Assembly (NCBI RefSeq): GCF_031769215.1
Contig: NW_026782003.1
Coordinates: 310,001-374,000 of the forward strand
DNA length: 64,000 nucleotides
Reading direction: 5' to 3'
DNA from: Ylistrum balloti
Taxonomy: Eukaryota
The notes under the pieces were generated by a model. It saw nothing but the letters and a program-made list of their open reading frames with translations, searched no databases and was not told where the DNA came from. Below are positions 50,290-64,000 of this stretch, in pieces. A program made the position numbers and the translations under genes. Within the stretch, counting starts at the first letter, position 1. Every line of letters starts with the position of its first letter.

Positions 50290-51207
50290 TAGGTACATTG
50301 CCCTGGTATAACAACACACTTTTACTGAGCTTTCCACTACAATGGAGTTTAATATTTACTCTAAACTGCCCAAGACGTGACGCATGATATGTGCCGTTGA
50401 TTGTTTGTCCTTTTTGCAGGTAATTTACTGTCAGAACATCATCAGCATCCCAGAAAACCGAGGCCATGACCTTTCCAGCTGATGGAATATTAATTGTCTT
50501 CTTTTGCGTGGTTGAACCAGGGTGTTTCCATTGTTGAGACTGTTGTTTTGCCTCTAGGGTGAAATGATGGACCCGAGTTTCGTCAAAAGTCACAAACCTC
50601 TGCAGACAGTTAGCATGATTTGCCTATAAAATGTTAAGATTAGCACGCGACAGAGTCCGTCTGGAATGTTTCCGATCAACTGTCAGAAATCTTGGTACAC
50701 AACGGGCTGAGAGCTTTCTTATTGCAAGATTTCGTAAGAATTGAATGTACTCTTTCCTGTGAAATCCCAATTGTAGTGGCTATACATCTCTCTGTAATTT
50801 GTCTGTTAGCCATAACAATATCATGGACATTATTGACTATTTGTGGGGTTGCAATAGGGACAGGTCTACCAGGACAGGCGTCATCCCCAAGGCTCTGCCT
50901 GCCACGCTTAAATTCTGTCATCCACTTTTTCACTGTAGAATGTGAAGGGACACCATTCCCTAATGTTGCTTCCATATCAGTATGGATATCCTTATGTGCT
51001 AGACCTTCCTTATGGCAATATTGCATCACTGCTCTTTCAGTGATTATGTCGATTTTTCAAAAGTAATTGGCTTTGTTTACTTCATTTGCATTGTTACACT
51101 AGTCTTCGGTTACACAGTATTAAATAGTCAGAGGATAAATAGAGCTGAAAAAACATCCCTGCTTAACTTCTTCAATTCAAGGCTCACAACTTGTCAAACA
51201 GTCCTTG
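50290..51207 (-). mobile_element. Degraded, 3'-truncated mariner transposon
   Basis: Frameshifted transposase pieces: ERAVMQYCHKEGL...STVKKWMTEFKRGRQSLGDDACPGRP (HTH) and TFDETRVHHF...SAGKVMASVFWD...TINGTYH (start of the DDD domain). A possible 5' TIR-like sequence lies at ~51180-51207; no matching 3' TIR was found. Confidence 0.85.
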
Positions 51208-52974
51208 TCATATACAGGAATAGATTACAAAACACAAGCTACACAGTTACACAATCATTAAACAGCGCTGGACGTAGGAAAGTAACCAACAGTCGCCTCC
51301 TATATGTCTTTAAATGGAGGGCCTTGTCACTGATGTGTAATAGAAAGACAGCGGTGCGATGCAGTTAAATTCGTTATTTTACTCTAATGTGTGTCTTTTA
51401 TGCAATCTGGAAAGCCAGCATGGAAAATGCCAGCATGTATTTCAGCCCTGTACCAAATTTAAATCAGAAATACCCCGTGAATAATACTCTTGTTTTGTGA
51501 TCTGTTTGGTTTTGAGTGCATTATCATCACAACATTATTGTCTTCGTATCATACCCCTAATTTATGTCTTCCTACGCACCAGGATCCGTTCAATAGCCTG
51601 ATTCCACCGAAGATTTGTTAATCTTTATATCTATGCGTGGGGTAGGGTGTTGAAAGTAAAACAATATTTCAATTCCGCGTCAGTTATTTAAAAAAAAAGA
51701 CCGAACTGAACCGAGCCGAACCGAACGAACTTTGTCCCTGGTGACGATGACAGCCTGGCACGTGAATCGATATGTGACCGCCAGGCTAGTGAACAGGTAG
51801 TCAGAAGCGATAACGGTTACGATACACGACACCCGTCATCAATTACTCAAGTGGTTTAAACACTATGATGTCTACTGATAAACAACAATTATTATCAATA
51901 GGATTGCTTTTTTTTAATCTTATGGAAACAAAGACAAGGCACTGGTCACCGGTCACAAGAATATACAAGTAGTGTTACCCATTTCTCTACATGAAAAATA
52001 CTATCCGGATCTGTGCCATTCATTGTCGACAAATTTAAACAACATCGATTTTCAGCAATTCAGGACTTCACAATTTTTTTTAAATCGGATTTCAAATGAC
52101 ATGATAAATACATAACAGTATAGATAATGTGATAGGTACATAAATTAGCCGGTTCTTTGTTGACTCTCCTGGGGCAGTGCGCACGACGACAGTTGATGAT
52201 GTTTGCGGTGTTAGTAATACACACGTCAGTGACCGGTACACCACACAGGTATGACACAAGGTATATTGATCTGTGATTTAGTAGGTATTGATTCTATCAC
52301 CAGGTGAGTGAGTGCACGACAATTACCTGTGTCGGTGTGAGGTTATCGACCGAATTTCGTTATTGATATATAACTACGTCGCCACGAGATGTAAACTAGG
52401 CGATAACGGTATTATTGTTCCGGTTATCCATGGAAGTCGTACCTGTAACGTAGAAATGTCTTGAATGCCAACATGTAGGAAAGATTAAGTTGATTGCTGA
52501 TTGTCACACGAATCTACTGTACTTGTAGACACTTCCGTGTCGCCTATCTGTTCCTGTCTTGATCTCGGGACCTCCCCATCGTATATGTACCTCCGCCCCT
52601 CTCCAATGAAAATTAGAAACGTTCAATACGTTTTCAAGACGTTTAACGCCATTTTCCTCAAAGGAATCTTCTAGTATGTTTATTAATCATTTTGTCGAAA
52701 ATTAGATAACTGGTCATTTTTCCGGTTTTAGTCCACTGTGCGCCCCCAGCCCCTCTTATTCCAAAAAGTACAATATACCTTCCATCTTCCTCCCTTTAGC
52801 CCCTAACTATATTCAATGATATTGTCCTCCTTGATTTCCACTGCGTTGCAGGGAGACTATGTGCATCAGGGATTTCTTATGGTATAAGGCTTATTATTTA
52901 AACACAATATCACACACATGAACAAATTTTTTTTTTTTAAAGGAAAGATTTAGCTCCCAGCAGATTGTCGAATC

Positions 52975-53105
52975 CATCTGGCCTTAGGTTCTAGGTTCGA
53001 TCCCTTGGCACTGAAGTAAGTGATTACCAGTACATTGTACGACGTTCGAAACGCTGAGGTTTGGATATTAATCACAGTGACTTGACATAAAACCCAACAC
53101 CCATC
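52975..53105 (+). mobile_element. tRNA-derived SINE-like fragment
   Basis: B-box-like GGTTCGATCCC near 52993-53003 and a SINE-tail-like GACATAAAACCCAACA near 53083-53098. No A-box or TSD resolved. Confidence 0.35.
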
Positions 53106-54019
53106 ATGATGATTTGAGATCTTTGATAGAAATCACTATATTTCATGTACATCTTATATATACATGTTGGATTCAGTGGTATCCCACTGCAAATTGTAAC
53201 TCATGCCAGTGTCCAGTTTACGTACAAGAACATGGCCGATGTCGTGTAAAAGATTGGCTAAACTGGACAGTGACATGGCATTATCGCCGACCAAACACGC
53301 TGTTGTCGATCAGTTTCGGGTCAGATAGCCTAAATCATCCTGGCGAACAGCTCCGTTATTTGCTACAACCTCCGTGTAAAACGCATATTAATATCACTGT
53401 TACATCATAGACAATGCCCCGATTGTTAGGGCGATACTAGTGTACGATTCGGACTGGACTGGAGTGACAGTTATCCGGATAATTAATCGCTAGTGTCCGA
53501 AACTAGTCTGTACATTATACATGTAACGGTCAGTTAGTGACGTCTTACGTGGATTTATGGTACTTACAAATATATGAGACATAAAAGCGATAATTCTGCA
53601 TACAAGTCCGACAGTGTGATACGGAAGAGACATGTAAACAGACCATACGCTCAAAAAATACACAGCGTACCATTCGGGGCATAACTTTCACTCGGATTTA
53701 TCCTTCAACAGCTCAATATGTGTAAGTTGCAAGTTATTTAGTTAGTAACTGGTTTAATCATGTATTCTAGAACAGTTTAATTTGATTACTAACATGATGG
53801 AAGTGCACGTTTGAGAAGGAGAATGACGCCAGCCTGTTCCTTATATTGGCTTACAATGATTTCTTGTGTTACAATGTGAGCAGGAAAAACAGTCTAAGGG
53901 ACCTCGATGGAATACATCGTCCGTTGTTAATGTCGCACCCAAGTTGGAACACATTATTACTGACACTTATTGTTGTATACTCTGGGACCTCGTCCTTTAT
54001 TGCTACTTTTGTAGGTCCA

Positions 54020-55045
54020 GGGAACACATCACTCATTGTTATTCCTGTGCACCTGGGGAACACATCACTCATTGTTATTCCTGTGCACTTGGGGAACACA
54101 TCACTCATTGTTACTCCTGTACACCAGGGAAACATGCCACTCATTATTACTTCTATACACCAGGGAAACATGCCACTCATTGTTACTCCTGTACACTCAG
54201 AAAACATCCCACTCATTGTAACTTCTATACACCAGGGAAACATGCCACTCATTGTTACTCCTGTACACTCAGGAAACATGCCACTCACTGTTACTCCTGT
54301 ACACCAGGGAAACATGCCACTCATTGTTACTCCTGTACACTCAGGAAACACGCCACTCATTGTTACTCCTGTACACCAGGGAAACATGCCACTCACTGTT
54401 ACTCCTGTACACCAGGGAAACATGCCACTCATTGTTACTCCTGTACACTCAGGAAACATGCCACTCACTGTTACTCCTGTACACCAGGGAAACATGCCAC
54501 TCATTGTTACTCCTGTACACTCAGGAAACACGCCACTCATTGTTACTCTTGTACACCAGGGAAACATGCCACTCATTGTTACTCCTGTACACTCAGGAAA
54601 CATGCCACTCATTGTTACTCCTGTACACCAGGGAAACATGCCACTCATTGTTACTCCTGTACGCTCGGGGAACACATCACTCATTGTTACTCCTGTACAC
54701 CAGGGAAACACATCACTCATTGTTACTCCTGTACACTCAGGAAACATGCCACTCATTGTTACTCATGTACATCAGAGGAACACATCACTCATTGTTACTC
54801 CTGTACACAAGGGAAACATGCCACTCATTGTTACTTCTGTACACTCAAGAGAAAACGTCACTCACTGTCACTCCTGTACACTCAAGAGAACACGTCACTC
54901 ATTGTTACTCCTGTACACTCAGGAAACACATCACTCATTTTTACTCCTGTACATTTGGGGAACACGTCACACATTATTCCTGTACACTCAGGGAACCCAT
55001 CACTCATTGTTACTCCTGTACACTCTGAGAACACATCACTCAGTG
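54020..55045. repeat. 36-bp minisatellite, ~28 copies
   Basis: CATGCCACTCATTGTTACTCCTGTACAC(CAGG/TCAG)GAAA repeated; it explains the 12-residue periodic ORFs. Confidence 0.96.
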
Positions 55046-56445
55046 ACAATGCTGTCAGTTAATAAGCTAACATTGTCATATAACAAATCATACTTTATTT
55101 TACCTCAAAATAAATAAATGTCCTGAGTGGATCCAGCATCCATTTTCCCAACATTTTTCTATCTTTTTCTTTGTTACCAAGTAGTAATGGACTTTGCAGC
55201 AAATAACGTGTAAGATTTCTTATATCCCAGGTTATGACCATCAGTGACCTTCATGTTTTGTTTGTTTGTTTGGGTTTTTTGTGGTGGGGAGGGGATGGCG
55301 AGGGAGGTTTGGAAAATTAAAACAAAATATGATGTTCAAATGTGAATCGTAAGTACATTGTACCCAGACAAACATTTCCTTAAAAATGGGAAATCTGGGG
55401 GAAATGAAATTAATATCTTCCTAAGTTCTCTCTGAGTTGCAATGGTTTAATTTAATAGTTACTTGGTAAATAAAACATGTTGCCTTTTAAAATGATTTTA
55501 TTGTTAACTTGGCAAGTTGACTGTTTATTTTTAAGCCTTGATTTATTTACGTTCTTTAGCTTTTGTTACATATTATATGGCAATAGTGTTGAACCAATGA
55601 CGTACAACCAAATCTACATTAAACACTTGACGTGTTTTTTTTTTTTTTTTTTAAATTTTCATTCATATCAATGTTATTGAAAAATGTTGACAGGAAATGA
55701 CCAGTATATTTTTAACTGTGTAACAATGTCCGTGAACGTTTGATTTTCGTTACCTCCTACAACGGTGTTTGTTACAAGTCGGTTGTGTATGTGGGAGTTA
55801 CTCGTGCAGTGTGTATGTACTATTCGCCCAAAGCATACTGATCTTCGCCATGTGAAAGTTTAAAATTTCAAATTGTGTTTTTTTCAAGAACAAGTCCAAA
55901 TCAATAAGCTTTCATCGTAGGGTTTTCTCGGGAAGTTAATTTCAAATAACAGCACGTGTTTGTCAAGATTTCAATCCGATGATTTTAAGCATTACATTTT
56001 TCCTACATGGTGGTGTAAAGCTTGTTAAGTTGGGTGTTGTATAAAGCGCCTGTTTACTGGCTTCCACGGTCTACAGGTACCCGACTTAGTGTACTAGGTA
56101 AACATGTGTACAGGTTTATACAGGGACACCCAGACTACAAAGGACTTAGGTTGTTTACTTGTATGTAATGTCAATTATATGTTTATTTACAACATGAAAG
56201 ACCAGATTAACCAAAGAAACACCCAATGAAAGAATTTAATGTGGAAAGAGATCTGTTCGAAAACCGAGGAGTTCATTATCAGTATATCGAGAATATAAGT
56301 GCTGTTTTAGAGATGAATATGTAATGATGTGTGTGATCGATTTTTGTCAAAATCAATCCAATCTATTTTATTTTTTAATCATATTAAGTATAGAAAAAAC
56401 ATAATTACAAAGCATTATACAAGTGTTTCATACTTTGTCATAAAA

Positions 56446-56450
<5 letters not shown>

Positions 56451-56477
<27 letters not shown>
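56451..56477. repeat. (AT)13 microsatellite
   Basis: Read directly. Confidence 0.95.
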
Positions 56478-58599
56478 GCATTACATAGTACAATACAACA
56501 CGTATTTCATATACAATAGATACTACACGCTAGCAAAAATATAAAGCAAAATTTTACAGTAAAATCCATTTTATGTTTTGAAAAAAAGAACTACTAGTGA
56601 CTGATATGTGTGTTTCATTGCCTGGCTGGTCTAGCATTCGATTCTATATCAACATCAAGCAATTATTATTTCTGGGACGAATTTGTAACATAGATTGTAA
56701 GTTATGTTAGCACACAGAATATCTTTCACTAGATTTTGTATGTTTGATATGAACATTGGAAAAACAACAGGGATTTATACCCGATACTATGTGTATCTTG
56801 AGGAAGTACTCATTGTATGATACATTTGTTGACTGTATAATGTTACGGTCATTTCCAGGAAAATTACAATGGAAATGTTTGTTTATTCAAGTGTATATAG
56901 TATAGAAAACATGCATGGTTAGAGCGCATGAGAAATGATAATTATTTTTTTATATATTTAAGCTTATCCATCTTTAGCTTTAAGTACATCACTTATGGAA
57001 ATTAACAGTACAGTATCCTCAATATTATCGATATATACAGTGTATGTTAAAAGTATGTGTAAGTTCGTGCATGTTGAACCATGAGGAATTGTGTTACTAC
57101 CGTGGTATGTTATACAAAGATTCTATAACACATATTATTTGTCACAGTGAAAAAATACTGATATTCGATATTAATTAAGGTGTCAATTAGTCAATAAGTT
57201 GGGTATTAATATCATGACGTGGTTGCATAATTTGTCGGACTTTCACTTAATGAATACTTTGTTGGTGGCACTTTAAACCATGAAATGTCGGAAGAAGATT
57301 TGGAAAATTTCAGAATGGTAGATTTAAGATTTCCGTGTCAACTGTTAAAACTTATGAACTACATTATTGTGATTAATTACCTGTATATTTGCTATGTACA
57401 CTATACGACTCTAGATTCAATCTTGATTTTATTTTGATTGTATTGATTCTATGGAATCTATGAAAAAGAGGTAATAATGATGAGAATAATAAAATAATAA
57501 TAAAATAATAATAAAAATAAACAGAAACTGGCCCTCTAGCGATAGTTTATTTGTTTATATCCGCATCTTTATGAGTATTTTTCCCGACAGATTTGAGAGC
57601 TTTTGAATTTGATCAAATCCGATGTATTAGAATGTAAACTGCTGGTCTTTTATTTGCCCTGAACTGTAAAGACAGTTTGATGAGAAATATCCCGCAAACG
57701 TAGGCGACAAAATGCAGGTTTATGGTCGATACCTGTACCGATTAAGGTTAACATATCAGTAATTTGTCTGTTCGGATTAGTTAGGTTTTTGGTGAAGTTT
57801 GTCACGAATGTCAGTCTATATACAGTTTAAGTTGATTTCTACGTGTCATATTTATTGTATCGTTAAACAGGAGAATGTGATCTCGTAGAAAAATTTATAC
57901 AAGGACAGTTTCAAATTCTGTTCATATCGTGTAAGGCCATTCTGAAACATTTATTTATATATAATGGGACGAACTGAAGGCTTCAAAATTTAATTGTTTT
58001 TTATATTCTTGATAATATACTATGTGGATATTATATAAATCACCAACTCACTACCTGTTATAAAGTGTCCACTTACAAAACTCTTACGTCATCCTGCAGA
58101 GAGGACTTTGAACCCTAGATTGTGTGATTTTACCCATTGCCCTGTTCAAGATATATACCAGTACGTGTGTGTAACAATCTACTATATCGGATTCCAGAAA
58201 GAATTTTAAACAGTGGTTGTAAGTAGATAATCGGTTTAATGAAATATGCGGTGAAGATGTGTTTTCCGTCCTATGTTCATACCCCGGGGCAGGATGTTAT
58301 TGACAGCACGTCCTTGAGAATCGATTAACGAAATGTATTGTATGACTAATACTTGTGCCGTGTGCTCTATTTCATCATCTTTCGAAGTTGTTTTTAAGAT
58401 TCCTTCGTTTCGTTATCGAGTTAATTTATCTTCTGCATAAAATCACCATTCATCACAACAATAATTAAATTACTCACACATCGCTCTATACACCTGGTAC
58501 AAGTACAGGTAATAGATGATTCTGGTTCTTTTGTAAATGTTGTTTACTCCAGTCGGGTCTGTTTTTTGAACTTTGACCTACTGCGAACGTCACATGCTC

Positions 58600-58609
58600 A
58601 TGACGTCAT
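58600..58609. promoter_or_regulatory. Palindromic CRE/ATF site upstream of KLF5
   Basis: ATGACGTCAT ~300 bp upstream of the predicted TSS. Further TGACGTCA copies at 59817, 60730 and 61651. Confidence 0.5.
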
Positions 58610-58831
58610 TTTCAGTGAATGAAATAAACAATTTCTATATATTCTACCATCATCATCTGATTGAACCATGGTTTGGGTTTGATGTCAAATTTATGATTAT
58701 ATATCCTAAATGCAGTGAAATATTAGTCCTCGTCATGTTAAAACGCGATTACTAGTACCAAGAAATACGGATGTTGCTACTATATTTTTTTGGAAGCCAG
58801 CCAGCTTATTATTCAAGGTCGACAAATAGCT

Positions 58832-58905
58832 CCGCCTCCTTTTCATGTGATTGGTTGAACATAACAACGGTATATAAGAGCAACAGTCTTGTGTGGGTTC
58901 ATTCA
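58832..58905 (+). promoter_or_regulatory. Core promoter of KLF5 (GC-box-like, inverted CCAAT, TATA, Inr)
   Basis: CCGCCTCC at 58832, ATTGG at 58850, TATATAAG at 58871-58878 and TCATTC at 58899-58904 (about 28 bp after TATA), ~140 bp before the ATG. Confidence 0.65.
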
Positions 58906-59040
58906 TAAATAGATTGTCTAGAGAGAGAGGAGGTGAGACGTGTTACAATCACCATCTGTGAATTATACATAAAACATATTCATATTTCAGTGAAACCGAC
59001 TTGTGGAATTTTACTTTCATCAAGCAGTGCTCCTAAACCG

Positions 59041-62000
59041 ATGGCGAACACTGAATTCCTTTTAGAAGAGACCGAAATTTTCGAGGATCAAATTGTGCCC
59101 GACCAAGACGATTGTTTTCTCCCGCCTAGCGCGGATGTAGCTGTGCAGTGGAACGTAAGTACATTTTAGTTGAATAAATTTAACTGATTTCATCAAACAT
59201 CGCGAATACGTTTCTACCATGGGTTTGTTATCGGCTTGAGGTTGTCGAACTGAGAGATGGTAGTTCACACGCTTGGTTAACCTACACTAAACCTATATGT
59301 ACCGAGGGGGGAAAAAATCGATTTTTAATCAATTGAGATCTACTATCGGGCCTATATATTACCAAGTGGTACTTTTCCATTCAAGTAACAAGCCTGTATA
59401 CGTGTCATGACTTTAAATTAGAATATTTAATCATTTATCGAACCGAGGTAAGCCAGATGTCTTAACGCCATTTTGAGATGTCGACACTTGAAAAAGTCGG
59501 TCAGGTTGTCATGTAGGGCCTGGCGATATTTGATATTGTGAAATATTTGTAGACTGGCTAGGTCGCTCGTAACGTGTGCGTGTGTGTGACTGGGCACTTT
59601 GTAGAGTTTACCTGTGTCCTAGTATAAGTGACACTGTGATATCTACAGGTAAACGTCAGCCTTAACTTATAGCCGGATATACCTCAATAGTAAACCGAGT
59701 TTAATAAAACGTCCCATTTAAGTTAAGTATTTTAGAGAAACTACAATAATTTACTACACAACATACAATGTATCATCATAACATGCTTTGGGTTTAATAC
59801 TCTATATTCATCGAAGTGACGTCATTACGAAGGTGTTGGAATTCATTAACAGATACCCAAAAATACATTGTGTGGCCCTGCTAGCGACATACTCCCTACT
59901 ACGTCCGTTATAGTACCTATGTCATATTCTAAACAGTGATGCATCTTATAGGAAAACCCTGTAACGTAATCTACATTCGATTTTTTGAATGTTAGACACA
60001 ATATTCGGTGGTTAAAGTCTGGTGTGTGTCGTTCACCGCCATCGGCAGGTATTTAGCCAGGCATGTCTGAAACGGCGCATGTGATTGGACGGTTTATCAG
60101 TGATCGTGGACCTGATGAACCGACTGCGCCATTCCATTCATAACTAGTTTACAGAGCTGGAGTCATTCATAAAACTCAGTCAGCATACGAGTGGGCGTTT
60201 CGGCTCGTGAGCCGAAACCTTTGAAAGGCATTGATCGCGTGTTCAGCCATTTTGTTTCTGTTTGTGAAAAAGAATGTCTATATTTAATGTGAGCTTACAA
60301 ATAAAACTTATAAATAAAATATATTTGAAATGAAGAAGTGTGTACGAAAATTGATCAGCTATTTTATTAATTCATTTTTTTTAACTTTCAGGTTGTCCAA
60401 GAATTGGAAAAATATCTGCCATATGACCCCCTGACTCAAGCACCAGTAGCGAAGAAGGTGAGGCGCGAAAGCGCCTCAGTAGTCGACGAGTTCTTCGGCG
60501 ATGATAAAGACACACCGGAATTGAACAACGCCAAACAGCGCGTTCAGTTGGCACGTGCCAAGTACATGGACTTGGGACACCTTAGAACAGGGTTGATTGG
60601 TAACCCGAAGTCCCAGACAAGTGATATACCGAGACGCGGAAGTTCTAATCTCATTTCCGAATTCTTTGGAGATGTTTCTAGTCCCAAGAAAGTTATTCCG
60701 TCAGTCAAGAAGGTGGATACTACCTCCTTTGACGTCAGTGCTACCATGATGGACACATTCGTCCCCAGCAGTTACACTGAGTTAGAGGAACAGAGTAAAA
60801 AAGTGTCGGATTCGCTATGGGAGGACCTCCGAAGTAGTTTTGATATTCTCGAACCTTCGGTTAACGATGAGAAGAGAGACGAGGTATACCAAACGAAAGG
60901 TGCCACTACGATACCTAAGATTAAATCGGAATTTGTGGACTTAACTAGTAAACCTTCTTGTCAGTTTGAAAATTCACAAAGGACAACGCCTAATGGCGTA
61001 ACTATTAAAGTAGAGCCGTCGGAGCCGAGCTGTCTGTTGACAGCTAGTGTTTCAGATAGTTTTAATTCTCGTCCCAAAACTCTTCCTATTCCAGTTTCCC
61101 AACAAGTGATTCTTTCCCAGCCCGGGTCATCAGTTGTGCAATATATTACCCAGCTTAGATCTGTGGGCGTTAACAAATCGCAGGTGACCACAAACAATCG
61201 GATGTACGTGAGCACCCCGCCCCACACCGTTCCCGTGTTACCCCCTACTCCTCCTAACTCCCAGCCAGGAAGTCCAGACCAGGACACGGTCCGTCGGACT
61301 CCCCCACCCCCTTACCCTGGACTTCACCGCCCATCTCCCTTATCATCCCCAGCCGGTGGTTTCAACATTAAACCAGTCATTCCCATCAGGACCCACACAC
61401 CGACACGCCAAAGCAAGCCCCAGTTGACACATCCAGGCTGTTCCACCATCAAATACAACCGAAAGAACAATCCCGAGTTGGAGAAACGGCGTATCCACTT
61501 CTGTGAATTTCCAGGTGATTATTTTACCCCTCTCCCCTCTATAAAGAGAAACTACTTATTTACAATAATTTTACGATTACTTGTGCCATTAATAACCTTC
61601 GTGACGTAAACGCTATACTTTTAAACCATGTTGTAAATTGATAGACCTTCTGACGTCATGATTGATGTCAAGAAAATATTTACTTGGTCTGGGTCTGGCG
61701 AACGTAGAAAGTAAGCGCTCAGTGTTAAATACTACAGTGAATCAAACATCTTACAGAAGTAGTACGTGTGTGTACATGTGCTGAATATAGTGTTGACGCA
61801 GAACAGCTGTCGAGCAGTGGTATTTCGAGATAAAATCTATACACGATAAACGAAAACATAGAATGTTAATACATTTTTAACAGGAAAATAACCAAAGCAG
61901 TAGACAGTTGTTTTCAAATTTCGCTCATTTATGCGCCGTTTGTTGAAAGAAAGCCTCCGGCTCGGCATCTGTAACCTATCGAGATATTAGAAGGCGTACA

Positions 62001-62879
62001 TCATTATAGAAAGATAAACAAGCTGATGGCATGACGAATAGAGAGCAAGCCATGCATTATTTACGTCACATCAGCCAAGTCGTTGGTTGACCAAGAGAAT
62101 GTAAATCTAGCTTGCCGTGTTAGCCTAATCAATGACACTAGAGTGCCCGTATGTCGGTGAATGAAAGCTAAATATATATATACGGTATCGATTTAGTCCG
62201 TGTAGCTGTAAGATGGCTGGTTCTGTCAAATTTATTTGGTACAAGAATAGTCTTTGTATTTCCAGAAATAGCTGTTTGTGTATAAAATGGCAGTTCAGGT
62301 TAGATACATGCCCCAGACAAATCAAGTTAATTGATCTGTTATTGAGGTACTCAACCAGACGGCGCAGATTCTATGTCTCAAATGCGAACATGCATACAAT
62401 AACCATCATTCCCATATTGCTTGTGTCAGAATTGGAAAGTAATGTTTGTATTTATTTTGTGTGTTTCAGGTTGCAGAAAAGCCTATACCAAGAGTTCACA
62501 TCTTAAAGCTCATCAGCGGATTCACACAGGTAAATTTGCGTTCATTAGATTAATGGAACTTTTCGTTATCATTGATGTCCTTAACTCCATTCTTTAAGAC
62601 AAGAAATGAAAACAGAGTTATACGTGAAGTAACATAATCTATTTATGTTTTAAAAAAGCCACGACATTCATGTTTCATTAATTTGTCATTTCAGGTGAAA
62701 AGCCATACAAATGTCACTTCCCAACTTGTCAGTGGAGATTCGCAAGGTCCGACGAGCTTACCAGACACATACGAAAGCACACGGGTGCCAAACCCTTCAA
62801 GTGCAAGGTTTGTGAGCGGTCCTTCGCAAGGTCTGATCACTTGGCGCTGCACATGAAACGCCACGAGCCCAAGAAATGA
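59041..62879 (+). CDS. KLF5: Kruppel-like factor 5 type C2H2 transcription factor, 4 exons, 493 aa
   Basis: Exons 59041-59154, 60392-61514, 62470-62529 and 62695-62879, phases 0/1/1, 1482 nt. KLF5-type motifs [24 protein letters not shown] and [15 protein letters not shown]. Three zinc fingers with HTGEKPY and HTGAKPF linkers, ending [12 protein letters not shown]. Confidence 0.93.
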
Positions 62880-64000
62880 AGGGAATCACAACCCGAGATT
62901 TTTTGTCGTGGGATTTGAGCCCTCACGTTTGGAACCCAGCAATGGCATGGGACTCCATGAAGAATCCAATTGGAAGGCTATTTGAATAAAGCCTGGAAAG
63001 TTTGTAGCTGGACATTTGAATGAATGTGAACGGCCATCAAAGGACAAGTGCTAGGGCGACGGTGATATTTTTTGCCACGCCCCGTGTTACTGGAGGATTG
63101 CCCAATGACCGAATTTGGGTGGAAAGAGACACTTTTTCTGAGAATGGTTCTGGTTAGAACGTATATATGATTGGCTAGTAGTTACGGCCAGGGAACATAC
63201 TGGACGTTCTGATTGGTGTCAAGATCTTTTGCCAGTCGTTTTTGGCTGTTTGTTTACGAGAATGAAAGATTATCGAATGCTAGTCGAGATAACTGAAATG
63301 TATGTACCGGTGACTAATCTGGTGAATGTACAATGCCCATAGACAGTATTAATATCTCAGGGCTACGAGAAGCAAACAGCACCACTGAAGCTGTGATCAC
63401 GTCGATAGATCAAAATATAGTATCGATTAGAGCAGGCACACAAGTTGTTGACTGTCGTCGTTGCGTATTTATTGTAACAGCTAAATGTTATACATATTGA
63501 TACAAGTAGTGCGCGTGCGCACTTGGCATACCGAGGTTACTAGAGATGTGTAATGGGTCTGCAGTTGTTTACAGACAAGAGGTGTTGAGTCATACTATCT
63601 TTCTAGTTTTTTCTGCGCAGTGTTGATGTTGGGCCGTTAGTTGTTGCTTATTTTGACGTAAATGGGAAAGTGCCATTAATTGTTAAACGTCATTAACAAT
63701 TTGTTATATCTGTGTTTGTTGACGTAAATAGGTTAATTAATTGCTGTTGTTTTCCCACTACATTATCATTCCAGAACTGTGTTAATGTGCTTTATGGATG
63801 ACAAAATTTCTAGAGCTTTTTTTCTTTTTTTTTCTTTTCTTTTTTCTCCTCTTCTCTGAATGTTACTTTGATATATATTTAAACAATACATTAGAAATCC
63901 TTTGATAATTGCTCTTTGGGATTTCTTTGCTTATCGGATCTTTGATATCTTGTACACTATTTGTCAATTTTTCACTGACACAAATCTATGATCAGAAATC

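Noticed and set aside
60544-61287. Antisense ORFs within KLF5 exon 2 (likewise those opposite the hAT, STAND-ankyrin and PFAS exons)
   Set aside because: Shadow frames of real coding sequence, with no motifs of their own.

Overview
AT-rich animal genomic DNA with spliceosomal GT-AG introns; the gene and repeat content is most consistent with a bivalve mollusc (inference). Three host genes were rebuilt by hand from splice sites and reading-frame phase. (1) A + strand gene (10557-13949, 3 coding exons, ~871 aa) encodes a STAND-class P-loop NTPase (nSTAND3-like) fused to ankyrin repeats; an abutting ETS-IRF plus kappaB-like motif lies upstream. (2) PFAS/purL (FGAM synthase) on the - strand (42583-20279) has 24 coding exons and 1350 aa. 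(3) A KLF5-type zinc-finger gene on the + strand (59041-62879) has 4 exons and 493 aa. Mobile DNA: a near-intact 4.2-kb hAT transposon with a 5-bp rather than 8-bp target duplication and one nonsense codon, a pogo-type deletion derivative, a mariner remnant and two MITEs. There are several minisatellites. The most unusual pattern is that four PFAS exon-intron junctions have been tandemly duplicated, in two cases into 1.2-2 kb arrays that carry many copies of the real splice donor. No rRNA, tRNA or CRISPR feature is supported.
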